A stretch of 64,000 bases of DNA from Gemmatimonadota bacterium (GTDB taxonomy: Bacteria; Gemmatimonadota; Gemmatimonadetes; Palauibacterales; KS3-K002): NCBI GenBank assembly GCA_039586795.1, contig JBDHJS010000006.1:32001-96000 (forward strand), given 5' to 3'. The notes below the pieces were generated by a model, which ran no database searches, was not told the origin of the DNA, and saw only the letters and a program-made list of their open reading frames with translations. How positions within the stretch are numbered: the stretch's first letter is position 1; each line of letters opens with the position of its first letter. Of this stretch, positions 46,885-55,970 are shown in pieces. A program made the translations under genes and the position numbers.

Positions 46885-47026
46885 GTGGCGGTCCGATGGA
46901 CGCCGCCCACCCTTCAGCCTGCACGCCCTGTGCGGAGCTGCCGGGTCAAGCGGGAGGAGCCCCTGAACCACCGGTCACAGCGGCCGGAAGGGGCCCGTAT
47001 CGCTTGGTCCATCATCTTTTGTTTAT
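46885..47026 (+). promoter_or_regulatory. Structured leader of infC-rpmI-rplT (candidate L20-responsive leader)
   Basis: Several stems, a 10-bp GGGUCAAGCG/CGCUUGGUCC helix followed by a U-rich tract, alternative GAUGGAC/GUCCAUC pairing. Confidence 0.45.
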
Positions 47027-47069
47027 TGGGTTTTCGGCGCTCGAACCCCCCGAAACAAGGAGACCGATA

Positions 47070-47588
47070 ATCGACAAAAACGAGCCCCGCGTAAACAACC
47101 AGATCCGCATCAGCCCGGTTAGGCTGGTCGACGCGGAAGGCGAACAGGTCGGGATCGTATCAATCGAAGACGCCCGCGCCGCCGCGGCGGAGCGGGGACT
47201 TGACCTGGTCGAGGTCGCGCCAAACGCACGGCCGCCCGTCGTGCGGATCATGGACTATGGGAAGTACAAGTACGAGCAGGCTCGCAAAGCGCGCGAATCG
47301 AAGAAGAAGCAGCACCAGGTGAAGGTGAAGGAGATCAAGCTCCGACCGAAGATCGAGGAGCACGATTTCAACTTCAAGTCCGGGCACGCCCGGCGTTTTC
47401 TGGAAGAAGGCAACAAGGTCAAGCTGACGATGCGGTTCCGCGGGCGCGAGATGACTCACACGGAACTTGGCGCGGCGGTCCTCGAGCGGTTCTCGGGGCT
47501 ACTAGTGGATGTCGGCCAAGTCGAAGAGAAGCCCAGAATGGAAGGGCGTCAGATGGTGATGGTCGTGGCGCCCCGGCGGTCCGGATGA
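47070..47588 (+). CDS. infC: Translation initiation factor IF-3 (non-AUG start: ATC at 47070 or ATA at 47067)
   Basis: RVNNQIR, LDLVEVAPNARPPV..MDYGKYKYE, VKEIKLRPKI..HD, FRGRE; AAGGAG at 47057-47062 with no in-frame NTG nearby. Confidence 0.93.
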   Translation: MDKNEPRVNNQIRISPVRLVDAEGEQVGIVSIEDARAAAAERGLDLVEVAPNARPPVVRIMDYGKYKYEQARKARESKKKQHQVKVKEIKLRPKIEEHDFNFKSGHARRFLEEGNKVKLTMRFRGREMTHTELGAAVLERFSGLLVDVGQVEEKPRMEGRQMVMVVAPRRSG

Positions 47589-47621
47589 CCGTTTGCGTAG
47601 AAAGGAAGAGTTGAAGCAGCG

Positions 47622-47816
47622 ATGCCGAAGATGAAGACACACCGAGCCGCCGCAAAGCGGTTTCGGAAGACGGCCACGGGTAAGCTCAAGCGCCGCAAGG
47701 CCTACAAGAGCCATATCCTGGCGAAGAAAACGCGGAAGAGAAAGCGCAACCTGCGCAAGTCGACGCTTGTTGCAGCGAGCGACCAACGGCGAGTGAAGCG
47801 GATGCTCGGCTTGTGA
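47622..47816 (+). CDS. rpmI: 50S ribosomal protein L35
   Basis: [25 protein letters not shown]. Confidence 0.98.
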   Translation: MPKMKTHRAAAKRFRKTATGKLKRRKAYKSHILAKKTRKRKRNLRKSTLVAASDQRRVKRMLGL

Positions 47817-47884
47817 CGCTGTGACGCCCTCGCGGGCAGCACAGGCGTCACAGCCAGAAGATTTGAATATAAGGAGTACTTGAG

Positions 47885-48244
47885 ATGGCTCGGGTTACCA
47901 ATCAGGTCGCACGACACAAGAAGAAGAAGAAAGTTCGTGAAGCAGCGAAGGGCTACCGCGGCGCGCGCTCCAAGCTCTATCGCTCGGCCAAGAACGCTGT
48001 GGAGCGCGGCTGGAAGACCAGCTATCGCGATCGCCGCAACCGTAAGCGCGATTTCCGGCGTCTCTGGATCACGCGCATCAACGCCGGGGCGCGTCAGCAC
48101 GATCTGACCTACTCGAATTTTATCAATGGCCTGCGATCCGCCGGCGTCGAGCTCAACCGTAAGTCGCTCGCCGACCTGGCCGTTCGCGATCCTAGCGCCT
48201 TTGGCGATCTCGTCGCTGTGGCCAAGGAAGCGCTCGCCAAGTAG
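47885..48244 (+). CDS. rplT: 50S ribosomal protein L20
   Basis: [45 protein letters not shown]. Confidence 0.98.
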   Translation: MARVTNQVARHKKKKKVREAAKGYRGARSKLYRSAKNAVERGWKTSYRDRRNRKRDFRRLWITRINAGARQHDLTYSNFINGLRSAGVELNRKSLADLAVRDPSAFGDLVAVAKEALAK

Positions 48245-48257
48245 AACGCGCAACTCG

Positions 48258-49289
48258 ATGCAAGACTTCCTGTCCAACCTGCGCGAGCTGGAAGAGGCCG
48301 GCGCGAGCGCCATCGCAAGCGCCGACTCGACGGACGCGCTCGAGCGCATCCGCGTCGAGTACACCGGCCGCAAAGCGCAGCTAACTCAGCTGCTCCGCGG
48401 CGTCCGCGACTTGCCCCAGGATCAACGCCCCGAGGCCGGGGCCGAGGCGAACCGCGTCAAACAGCGCCTCGTCGAGCTCCTCGACCAGCGCGCCGCCGAG
48501 CTGGCCGGCGGAGTAGAGGAAGCGGCGGTAGACGTCGACCTCACGTTCCCAGGCCGCACCACCTGGCACGGCGCGCGGCACCCGTGCACGCTGGTCGCCG
48601 ACGAGATCTGCTCGATCTTCAAGGAGCTCGGCTTCTCTCGCGCTCGCGGTCGCGAGGCGGAGACGACCTGGTACAACTTCACCGCGCTCAACACGTCACT
48701 CGATCACCCGGCGGCGGATGAGGCGGACACGTTCTACCTGTCCGAAGACACGCTGCTGCGGACCCATACGTCGCCGGTGCAAGCGCACGTAATGGAGCAG
48801 TACAAGCCGCCGGTGCGTATCGTCGTCCCCGGGATGGTCTATAGACGGGACCCGTACGATGCATCGCACGCGCCGGCCTTCGAGCAGATCGAGGGGCTCG
48901 CCGTCGATGAAGGGATCACGTTCGTCGACTACAAGGCCGCCATCGACTACTTCGTGCACAGGTTCTTCGGCGCCGACACCAAGACCCGGTTCCGCCCATC
49001 GTTTTTCCCGTTCACTGAACCGTCCGCCGAGGTCGATGTCTCGTGTCTCCTCTGCCACGGTCAGGGGTGCTCGGCCTGCAAGGGCACCGGCTGGATCGAG
49101 ATCATGGGCTCTGGGATGGTCGACCCTGCCGTGTTTGATAATGTCGGTTACGACTCGGAGCGCTACACCGGTTTTGCGTTCGGCATGGGCGTCGCGAGGA
49201 TCGCCATGCTGCGTTACAGGATTCCTGATATCCGCTTGCTCTACGAAAGCGATGTGCGCTTTCTCGAGCAGTTCGATCGGGCCGAATAG
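48258..49289 (+). CDS. pheS: Phenylalanine--tRNA ligase alpha subunit
   Basis: LLRTHTSPVQ, FRPSFFPFTEPSAEVD, GFAFGMG. Confidence 0.97.
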   Translation: MQDFLSNLRELEEAGASAIASADSTDALERIRVEYTGRKAQLTQLLRGVRDLPQDQRPEAGAEANRVKQRLVELLDQRAAELAGGVEEAAVDVDLTFPGRTTWHGARHPCTLVADEICSIFKELGFSRARGREAETTWYNFTALNTSLDHPAADEADTFYLSEDTLLRTHTSPVQAHVMEQYKPPVRIVVPGMVYRRDPYDASHAPAFEQIEGLAVDEGITFVDYKAAIDYFVHRFFGADTKTRFRPSFFPFTEPSAEVDVSCLLCHGQGCSACKGTGWIEIMGSGMVDPAVFDNVGYDSERYTGFAFGMGVARIAMLRYRIPDIRLLYESDVRFLEQFDRAE

Positions 49290-49322
49290 AAGGGCCCGGC
49301 GTTACGCGCCCAGAACTGAGTT

Positions 49323-51728
49323 ATGAACATTTCTTACCGCTGGCTGCAGCAGCTGGCGCCGACGATCAACGATTCCGCCGAGGCGGCGGCCGAGAAGCTC
49401 ACTTACACCGCCGTCCCGGTCGATGAGGTGGTCTGGCTGGGCCATGGCCTGGAGGAGCTTGTCGTCGCCCGGGTCAGCAGCGTCGACAAGCATCCTCAGG
49501 CCGATCGCCTCGTGATCTGCAAAGTCGACGCCGGACGTGACCAGCCGGTGCAGGTCGTCACCGGCGCGCCCGTCGTCGTCGAGGGCGGCTACTACCCGTT
49601 CGTCGGTGCGGGGCAGACCCTGCCGGGTAACGTGGCCGTGAAGAAGGCCAAGCTGCGCGGCGAAGTCAGCGAAGGTATGCTGTGCTCTGAGAAAGAGCTC
49701 GGCATCGGTCGCGACGCCGATGGCATCATGCTGCTGCAGGGGGAGTTCAGGCCCGGGCAATCGCTGCTCGAAGCGCTGGAGCTTGACGACCATCGCCTCG
49801 ACGTCGACGTGACCACCAACCGGCCCGACTTGCTCGGTCACCTGGGCGTCGCCCGCGAGCTCGCACCCGGCGGCGTTGACGACGTGAGACTACCCGACTT
49901 CCCCGGGCACGTCGCGGCGGATTACGCCACCGAGACCGTCGACAACGAAGGCGTGACCGGCGGTATCACCGTGCGAATCGAGGACCCTGAGGGATGTCCT
50001 CGATACATGGGCGCCGTGATCCGCGGTGTGACCATCGCCCCGTCGCCCGCCTGGCTGGCCAACCGGCTGCGCGCCATCGGGCAGCAGCCGATCAACAACG
50101 TCGTCGACGCGACGAACTACGTTCTCCACGAGCTCAATCAGCCGATCCACGCGTTCGACCTTCACAAGCTTGGCGGTTCGGCCGTCGTGATCCGGCGGGC
50201 GAAGAAACGCGAAACGCTCCGCACGCTGGATGGCAAGGAGCGAAAGCTGGATCCGGAGATGCTGGTGATCGCCGATGCTAAAGTCCCCTCGGCGATGGCG
50301 GGGCTGATGGGCGGCGAGAACAGCGAGGTCGACGATGACACGAAGGACGTCTTCATCGAGTGCGCCTACTTCGATCCGAAACGGGTTCGCAAGGCCGCGA
50401 AGGGCCTGGATCTCGATACCGATGCGTCCTATCGCTTCCAGCGCGGTATGGATCGGGAAGGTCTGCCTCGCGCCGTGCAGAGGGTTGTGGACCTCATCCT
50501 GACGACAGCCGGCGGGCAAGTGGATGGGGCCGCCGTCGACGTTTACCCGAACCGCTACGAGCCGCTGACCCTGACGCTGCGCCCATCACGGGTGAGCCAC
50601 CTGCTGGGTCTCGATCTGGATCGCGAAACGATTCGAAGCTGTCTGGAGCCCATCGGCTTCTCGGTGAAGGAAACGGGTGATGACCTCGCGGTGCTCGTGC
50701 CCAGCTGGCGGCCCGACGCCGAGCGCGAGGTCGACCTGATCGAAGAAGTCGCCCGACGCTTCGGGTACGACAAGTTCCCGGACGAGATGCGCACGTTCCG
50801 GCCCACCTCGGTACCGGAAGACGCCCAGGTCGAGGTCGTGCGTCAGCTGCGGGAACGGATGATCGGCTTCGGGTTCCTGGAAGCGATGACCAACCCCTTC
50901 GTTCCGTCGGACGACGGCGAGATCAAGCTCCTGAACCCACTGTCGGAACGGGAGGATCATCTTCGCCGCGACCTACTGACCGAGCTCATTCATCGCGTCG
51001 AGTACAACCTCGCCCGCGGTCAGCGCGATATCCGACTGTTCGAGATCGGCACGGCCTTCACCGATGGTGGTGACCCGCTGCCCACAGAGCGCTCTCTCAT
51101 CGCTGCCGTCTGGACCGGCAACCGCCGACCAGCCCACTGGTCGGAGGAGAGTCAGGATTGGGACGTCTGGGACCTGAAGGCGATCTTTGCGAGCGCCGCC
51201 GCCGCCGCGGCGCCGGGAGCCGAAGTCCGTTCCGTGTCGAGCGATGTGGATGATGGCCAGCCGCCACCGCGTATGGAGCAGCTTTTCGCCCTCGTCACGC
51301 CCGACGGTCAGACCGTTGGCTCGGCTGGTCGGATCGCCGCCCAGGGACTTGATGTGCCGAAGTGGGCCGGCCGGCTCTGGTGTTTCGAGCTGGCGATCGA
51401 ATCCACGATTCGCCAGCCCACTCGCTATCAAGCGTTGCCGGTCTATCCAGCCGTCGATCGCGATCTGGCTTTGCTCGTTCCGGTCGGCACGCTCTCCGCA
51501 GACGTCGAGGCGGTGATTCGCGACGCCGCGCCCGGCTACCTCGAGTGGCTGACGGTCTTCGATGTCTATGAGGGCGACAAGATCCCCGTCGGCACACGCA
51601 GTATCGCCTACCGCTTGAGATTCCGGTCGCCCGACCGTACCCTAACCGACGAGGGAGTCGACTCAGCTGTTCAGAGGATCACCGCGGCGCTCAAGGAGAA
51701 GCTCAATGTCGGAATCCGCGGAGCATAG
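49323..51728 (+). CDS. pheT: Phenylalanine--tRNA ligase beta subunit
   Basis: HPQADRL, LRGEVSEGMLCS, NRPDLL, NNVVDATNYV, REVDLIEEVAR, FDVYEG, DRTLTD. Confidence 0.97.
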   Translation: MNISYRWLQQLAPTINDSAEAAAEKLTYTAVPVDEVVWLGHGLEELVVARVSSVDKHPQADRLVICKVDAGRDQPVQVVTGAPVVVEGGYYPFVGAGQTLPGNVAVKKAKLRGEVSEGMLCSEKELGIGRDADGIMLLQGEFRPGQSLLEALELDDHRLDVDVTTNRPDLLGHLGVARELAPGGVDDVRLPDFPGHVAADYATETVDNEGVTGGITVRIEDPEGCPRYMGAVIRGVTIAPSPAWLANRLRAIGQQPINNVVDATNYVLHELNQPIHAFDLHKLGGSAVVIRRAKKRETLRTLDGKERKLDPEMLVIADAKVPSAMAGLMGGENSEVDDDTKDVFIECAYFDPKRVRKAAKGLDLDTDASYRFQRGMDREGLPRAVQRVVDLILTTAGGQVDGAAVDVYPNRYEPLTLTLRPSRVSHLLGLDLDRETIRSCLEPIGFSVKETGDDLAVLVPSWRPDAEREVDLIEEVARRFGYDKFPDEMRTFRPTSVPEDAQVEVVRQLRERMIGFGFLEAMTNPFVPSDDGEIKLLNPLSEREDHLRRDLLTELIHRVEYNLARGQRDIRLFEIGTAFTDGGDPLPTERSLIAAVWTGNRRPAHWSEESQDWDVWDLKAIFASAAAAAAPGAEVRSVSSDVDDGQPPPRMEQLFALVTPDGQTVGSAGRIAAQGLDVPKWAGRLWCFELAIESTIRQPTRYQALPVYPAVDRDLALLVPVGTLSADVEAVIRDAAPGYLEWLTVFDVYEGDKIPVGTRSIAYRLRFRSPDRTLTDEGVDSAVQRITAALKEKLNVGIRGA

Positions 51729-51735
51729 ACCAACC

Positions 51736-52020
51736 ATGGAGTTCCCGAAGTTCGACGAGCTGGAGTCCGTCATTCGTCGTGCGCTTCGCCAGCTGGAGGT
51801 CTGGCGTGAGCGCGCCTCCAACTCGGAGGCCGAACGCCGGCGCCTCCAGGATGTCATCGAGCGCGTCGGGCAGATCGGGGACCTAGAGCCCGCTTCCGCG
51901 GCCGACGAGCTCGAACGCCTGCGCCGCGAAAACGAGATCCTGCGAGCCCAACTCGAAAAAGGACGCGCCCAGGCCGAAAAGCTGGCTCGGGAAGTCGAAT
52001 TCCTGGAGGATGCAAGATGA
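51736..52020 (+). CDS. Coiled-coil protein, ZapB-like
   Basis: All-helical heptad pattern; position between pheT and zapA, ATGA overlap with zapA. Confidence 0.6.
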   Translation: MEFPKFDELESVIRRALRQLEVWRERASNSEAERRRLQDVIERVGQIGDLEPASAADELERLRRENEILRAQLEKGRAQAEKLAREVEFLEDAR

Positions 52021-52328
52021 GCGACGCGTCGGGTAAGGAAATGGTCGAGGTCGAGATCCTCGGAGAGGCCTATACGCTCGCATCGGAAACGAGTCCTGAG
52101 TACACCGTACAAGTCGCCAAGCACGTCGATGAGATGGCGCGGGAGATCCGTCAGGAGAGCGGGGTGGTCGACGGGAAAAAGGTGGCCATACTTACAGCCA
52201 TCGCCGTCACCGATCAGCTATTCCGTATGCGCGACGGCGTCGACGTGGTCAAGCAGCTGGCGGAAGGTCGCGCCGAGCGCCTGGCGGCGGAGGTGCTGGG
52301 CTTCATCGACTCGTCGGCCGGAAGTTAA
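52017..52328 (+). CDS. zapA: Cell division protein ZapA
   Basis: VEVEILGEAYTL, VAKHVDEM, VAILTAIAV. Confidence 0.85.
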   Translation: MSDASGKEMVEVEILGEAYTLASETSPEYTVQVAKHVDEMAREIRQESGVVDGKKVAILTAIAVTDQLFRMRDGVDVVKQLAEGRAERLAAEVLGFIDSSAGS

Positions 52329-52367
52329 CTTGCGAAAACCTTGACCCTCTGTGTAACTTTTCAGATA

Positions 52368-52587
52368 GCCCTGTGGCTGTCTGGAAAATGCCTATAATTA
52401 GCTCAGGATTCAGTTTGCATAGTCGTCGAAACGCTGTCGGTACTCGTTATCTCAACTTCCGGAGCCCTGGAGTGAGCCACGTAGGGGTACTCAGCGGGTA
52501 GCGGCTTCTATCCGCCGGTTGAAACGCACCGCCGGCGGTGCAACTGTATCCATCGTATTAGTTCTTCCAGCGGCAATGGCCTGGGGC
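52368..52587 (+). ncRNA. ssrS: 6S RNA (candidate)
   Basis: Typical zapA-downstream location; rod-like fold with GCCC/GGGC and CTGGAA/TTCCAG closing stem, AU-rich central bubble, GGAT-CAGTTTGCA / TGCAACTG-ATCC inner stem; TTGCGA-N18-TAACTT upstream. Confidence 0.7.
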
Positions 52588-52602
52588 CTTTGCCGCTGTT
52601 TT
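52568..52602 (+). terminator. Intrinsic terminator overlapping the 6S 3' end
   Basis: CAGCGGCAA-T-GGCC-TGG-GGCC-T-TTGCCGCTG then TTTT. Confidence 0.75.
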
Positions 52603-52648
52603 GGTTCGGGCGGGTGACCGCACGAGCTCGATAAAGAGAGGTAACGTG

Positions 52649-54223
52649 GTGAACTGGATCGTAGCCCTAGTCGCCCTGGCGGCCGGTGGAGCCATCGGGT
52701 GGACCATCGCCTTTTTCCTCGTGCGGCGATTCGAAGGTGGGCGAATTCAAGAAGAGCGAAAGAAGGCCACCGCCGAGGCGGATCGCATTTTAGGTAACGC
52801 CCAGACCGAGGCGGAGAGCCTTAAGCGCAGCGCCCAGCTCGAGGCAAAAGAAGAGCTGCTGCGATCGCGGGAGAGCCTGGAATCCGAGCTTGCCAAGCGC
52901 CGCTCCGAGGTCGAGCGGACGGAACGGCGGCTCGACGACCGAGAGAGCCTGCTCGATAGGAAATACGCGACCCTCGATCAGAAGCAGGAGCAGATCGAGA
53001 AGCGCGCGTCCGAGCTCGAGCAGCACGAGAAGGCCGTCGAGGAGCAGCGCACGCGCTACGACGATCTGGTCGACGAAGAGCGCAAGAAGCTTGAGCGAGT
53101 GGCGGGAATGACCGCCGAGAAGGCGCGGGCCGAACTACTACGCCGGGCCAAAGAAGAGGCCCGGGCAGAAGCCGCGCAGCTCGTTCGCCGCATCAAAGAC
53201 GAATCCACGCGCAACGCGGAGCGCGAGGCGCGGAACATCGTATCGATGGCGATCGAGAAGATCGCCGCCGACCACGCCGCCGAAGCGACCGTTTCGGTCG
53301 TGCCCCTACCCAACGATGAGATGAAGGGCCGCATCATCGGGCGCGAGGGGCGAAACATCCGCGCATTCGAGAGCATCACGGGAGTCGACGTCATCGTCGA
53401 TGACACTCCCGAAGCTGTCATCCTCTCCGCTTTCGACCCCGTACGCCGCGAGATCGCCCGCATAGCTATGGACAAGCTCGTTGCCGACGGGCGGATCCAC
53501 CCGGGCAGGATCGAGGAGGTCGTCGAGAAGGCGAAGAAAGAGGTCGAGCAGAGCATGCAGGAGGCCGCCGAGGATGCGTGCTATGGACTCGGTATTCATG
53601 GGCTTCATCAAAACATCATGGAAACCCTCGGTCGTATGAAGTACCGGACCTCGTACGGCCAGAACCAGCTGCAACATTCGATCGAAGTCGCGCGCCTGAC
53701 CGGCAACATGGCCGCCGAGCTCGGCCTCAACACCGAGATGGCAAAGCGCATGGGGCTCTTGCACGACATCGGCAAGGGCATGACCCACGAACACGAGGGT
53801 ACGCACGTCGAGCTCGGCCACGAGCTCTGCAAGCGCTGCAACGAACCCGACCAGGTGCTCAACGCGATTCGCGCACACCACGGCGAAGAGCCCGCTCGCT
53901 ACCCGGAGACCTTCCTGCTCACCGCCGCCGACGCGATCTCCGGCGCTCGCCCTGGCGCGCGTCGTGAGTCGTTCGAAGCTTACGTCAAGCGGCTCGAAAA
54001 GCTGGAAGAGATCGCCACCTCTTTCGATGGCGTGCAGAAGTGCTTCGCCATCCAGGCTGGCCGCGAAGTCCGTATCATGGTCACCCCGGAAGCCATATCT
54101 GATGAGGACATGGCCGTGCTGAGCGAAAATACCGCCCGGCGCATCGAGCAAGAGCTTCAGTATCCCGGGCAGATCAAAGTTGTAGTCGTTCGAGAGACGC
54201 GCGCCGTCGATTTCGCGCGCTAG
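52649..54223 (+). CDS. rny: Ribonuclease Y
   Basis: N-terminal TM, coiled coil, KH (MKGRIIGREGRNIR), HD (LLHDIGK), ADAISGARPGAR. Confidence 0.97.
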   Translation: MNWIVALVALAAGGAIGWTIAFFLVRRFEGGRIQEERKKATAEADRILGNAQTEAESLKRSAQLEAKEELLRSRESLESELAKRRSEVERTERRLDDRESLLDRKYATLDQKQEQIEKRASELEQHEKAVEEQRTRYDDLVDEERKKLERVAGMTAEKARAELLRRAKEEARAEAAQLVRRIKDESTRNAEREARNIVSMAIEKIAADHAAEATVSVVPLPNDEMKGRIIGREGRNIRAFESITGVDVIVDDTPEAVILSAFDPVRREIARIAMDKLVADGRIHPGRIEEVVEKAKKEVEQSMQEAAEDACYGLGIHGLHQNIMETLGRMKYRTSYGQNQLQHSIEVARLTGNMAAELGLNTEMAKRMGLLHDIGKGMTHEHEGTHVELGHELCKRCNEPDQVLNAIRAHHGEEPARYPETFLLTAADAISGARPGARRESFEAYVKRLEKLEEIATSFDGVQKCFAIQAGREVRIMVTPEAISDEDMAVLSENTARRIEQELQYPGQIKVVVVRETRAVDFAR

Positions 54224-54292
54224 AAGGGAGCAGGCAGAACGGCGGCTACCGACCGTCCGCCCCGACCCGGCCGCCAACCGTCGCCTAACAAA

Positions 54293-55081
54293 ATGAGGAT
54301 CCTGTTCATCGCCGACCTGGTCGGCAAGCCGGGGCGTCGGGTCACGCACGCGCTGCTCCCAAGCCTCCGCAATGATCGCGACATCGACGTCGTCGTTGCC
54401 AACGGTGAGAACCTCGCCGGCGGCTACGGTGTCACGCCGGCGCTCATCTCGGCGCTGTTCAGCAGCGGCGTCGACGTCGTCACTTCTGGCAACCACATCT
54501 GGGACCGCAGCGAGGGCGTCGTGCTTCTCGACGATGAACCCCGCATGCTACGACCGGCCAACTACCCATCAGGAAATCCCGGCCACGGCTACCACATCGT
54601 CACCGCCGGGAACGCCAAACTGGCCGTCGTCAACCTGCAGGGCCGGGTCTTCATGCAGCCTATCGACGACCCGTTCCGCACCGGCCGCGCTCTCGTCGAC
54701 GTGCTTCGTGCGGAGACCAATAACATCGTGATAGATTTCCATGCCGAAGCGACAGCCGAAAAATTGGCGTTCGCTCACTACATCGACGGATTGGTGAGCG
54801 CCGTGGTCGGCACCCATACGCATGTCCCGACGGCGGATGCACGCATTCTGCCAGGCGGTACCGCCTACGTGACTGACCTGGGAATGACGGGTTCACACGC
54901 CGGCGTGATCGGCTTCCGGGCCGAAACGGCTGTGCAGCGACAGGTCCTCGGACGACGCGTTCGTCTCGAGCTTGCCGAGGGAGACCTGCGTCTCCAGGGT
55001 GCGATCGTGGACATCAATGTCGCTTCTGGCCATTCAACAGCGATCGAGCGGATCGATATCCAGTACGAGGAGGAGGACTGA
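54293..55081 (+). CDS. ymdB: YmdB-like metallophosphoesterase
   Basis: DLVGKPG, NGEN, TSGNH, RPANYP, DFHAEATAEK, GTHTHV, TDLGMTG. Confidence 0.92.
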   Translation: MRILFIADLVGKPGRRVTHALLPSLRNDRDIDVVVANGENLAGGYGVTPALISALFSSGVDVVTSGNHIWDRSEGVVLLDDEPRMLRPANYPSGNPGHGYHIVTAGNAKLAVVNLQGRVFMQPIDDPFRTGRALVDVLRAETNNIVIDFHAEATAEKLAFAHYIDGLVSAVVGTHTHVPTADARILPGGTAYVTDLGMTGSHAGVIGFRAETAVQRQVLGRRVRLELAEGDLRLQGAIVDINVASGHSTAIERIDIQYEEED

Positions 55082-55082
55082 A

Positions 55083-55970
55083 GTGGCTGAAGTTATCGAT
55101 GGAAAACAGATAGCAGCCGACATTCGAGCCGAAGTCAAGCAACACGTGGAGGGGCTACAGGCGAAGGGCGTCACGCCTGGACTGTCCGTCGTCCTGGTTG
55201 GCGACGACCCGGCCAGCGGCGTCTACGTGCGCATGAAAGCCAAAGCGTGCGAGGAAACCGGCATCAAGTCCGAAGTCATCAGGTTACCCGAAGAGACCAC
55301 GCAGGGGGAGCTCGAGTCCGTCATCGATCGCCTCAACGCGGATGATTCGGTGCATGGCATCCTGGTTCAGCTGCCGCTCCCGTCGCAGATCGAAGAGAAG
55401 GACATCATCTTCCGGATCGCTCCGGAGAAGGATGTGGACGGCTTCCACCCGGTGAGCGTCGGCCGGATGATGATCGGAGACCCCAGCGCCTTTCGGCCCG
55501 CCACGCCCGCCGGGGTCGTGGAGATGCTTATGAGGACTGGGAACGATCCGTCCGGCAAGCGGGTCGCTATCGTCGGTAGGTCCAACATCGTCGGCAAGCC
55601 GTTAGCCGTGCTCCTCGGGCAGAAGATGAAGGGCGGCAACGCCACGGTCACTCTGGCGCATAGCCGCACGCCCGATCTGCCGGACGTGCTCAAGGAGGGC
55701 GATATCCTGGTCGCCGCCATCGGCGTTCCCGAGTTCGTCAAAGCGGACATGGTCAAGCCGGGCGCCGTCGTCATCGATGTTGGCGTCAATCGCGTCGATG
55801 ACCCCAGCACCGAGAAAGGCTACCGCCTGGTCGGTGACGTCGCCTACGACGAAGTCTTTGAAGTGGCAAGCGCCATCACACCGGTGCCCGGCGGCGTCGG
55901 TCCGATGACTATCGCTATGTTGTTGACCAACTGCATACAGGCGGCGCGGGAGATCAGCGGAGTTTCGTGA
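55083..55970 (+). CDS. folD: Methylenetetrahydrofolate dehydrogenase/cyclohydrolase
   Basis: IDGK, GILVQLPLP, KDVDGFHP, GRSNIVGKP, TPVPGGVGPMT; GTG start after GGAGG. Confidence 0.97.
   Translation: MAEVIDGKQIAADIRAEVKQHVEGLQAKGVTPGLSVVLVGDDPASGVYVRMKAKACEETGIKSEVIRLPEETTQGELESVIDRLNADDSVHGILVQLPLPSQIEEKDIIFRIAPEKDVDGFHPVSVGRMMIGDPSAFRPATPAGVVEMLMRTGNDPSGKRVAIVGRSNIVGKPLAVLLGQKMKGGNATVTLAHSRTPDLPDVLKEGDILVAAIGVPEFVKADMVKPGAVVIDVGVNRVDDPSTEKGYRLVGDVAYDEVFEVASAITPVPGGVGPMTIAMLLTNCIQAAREISGVS

Noticed and set aside
46836..47066. 77-aa N-terminal extension of IF-3
   Set aside because: The TTG start coincides with a TTGACA promoter-like hexamer, the extension is not IF3-like and a strong SD lies at 47057
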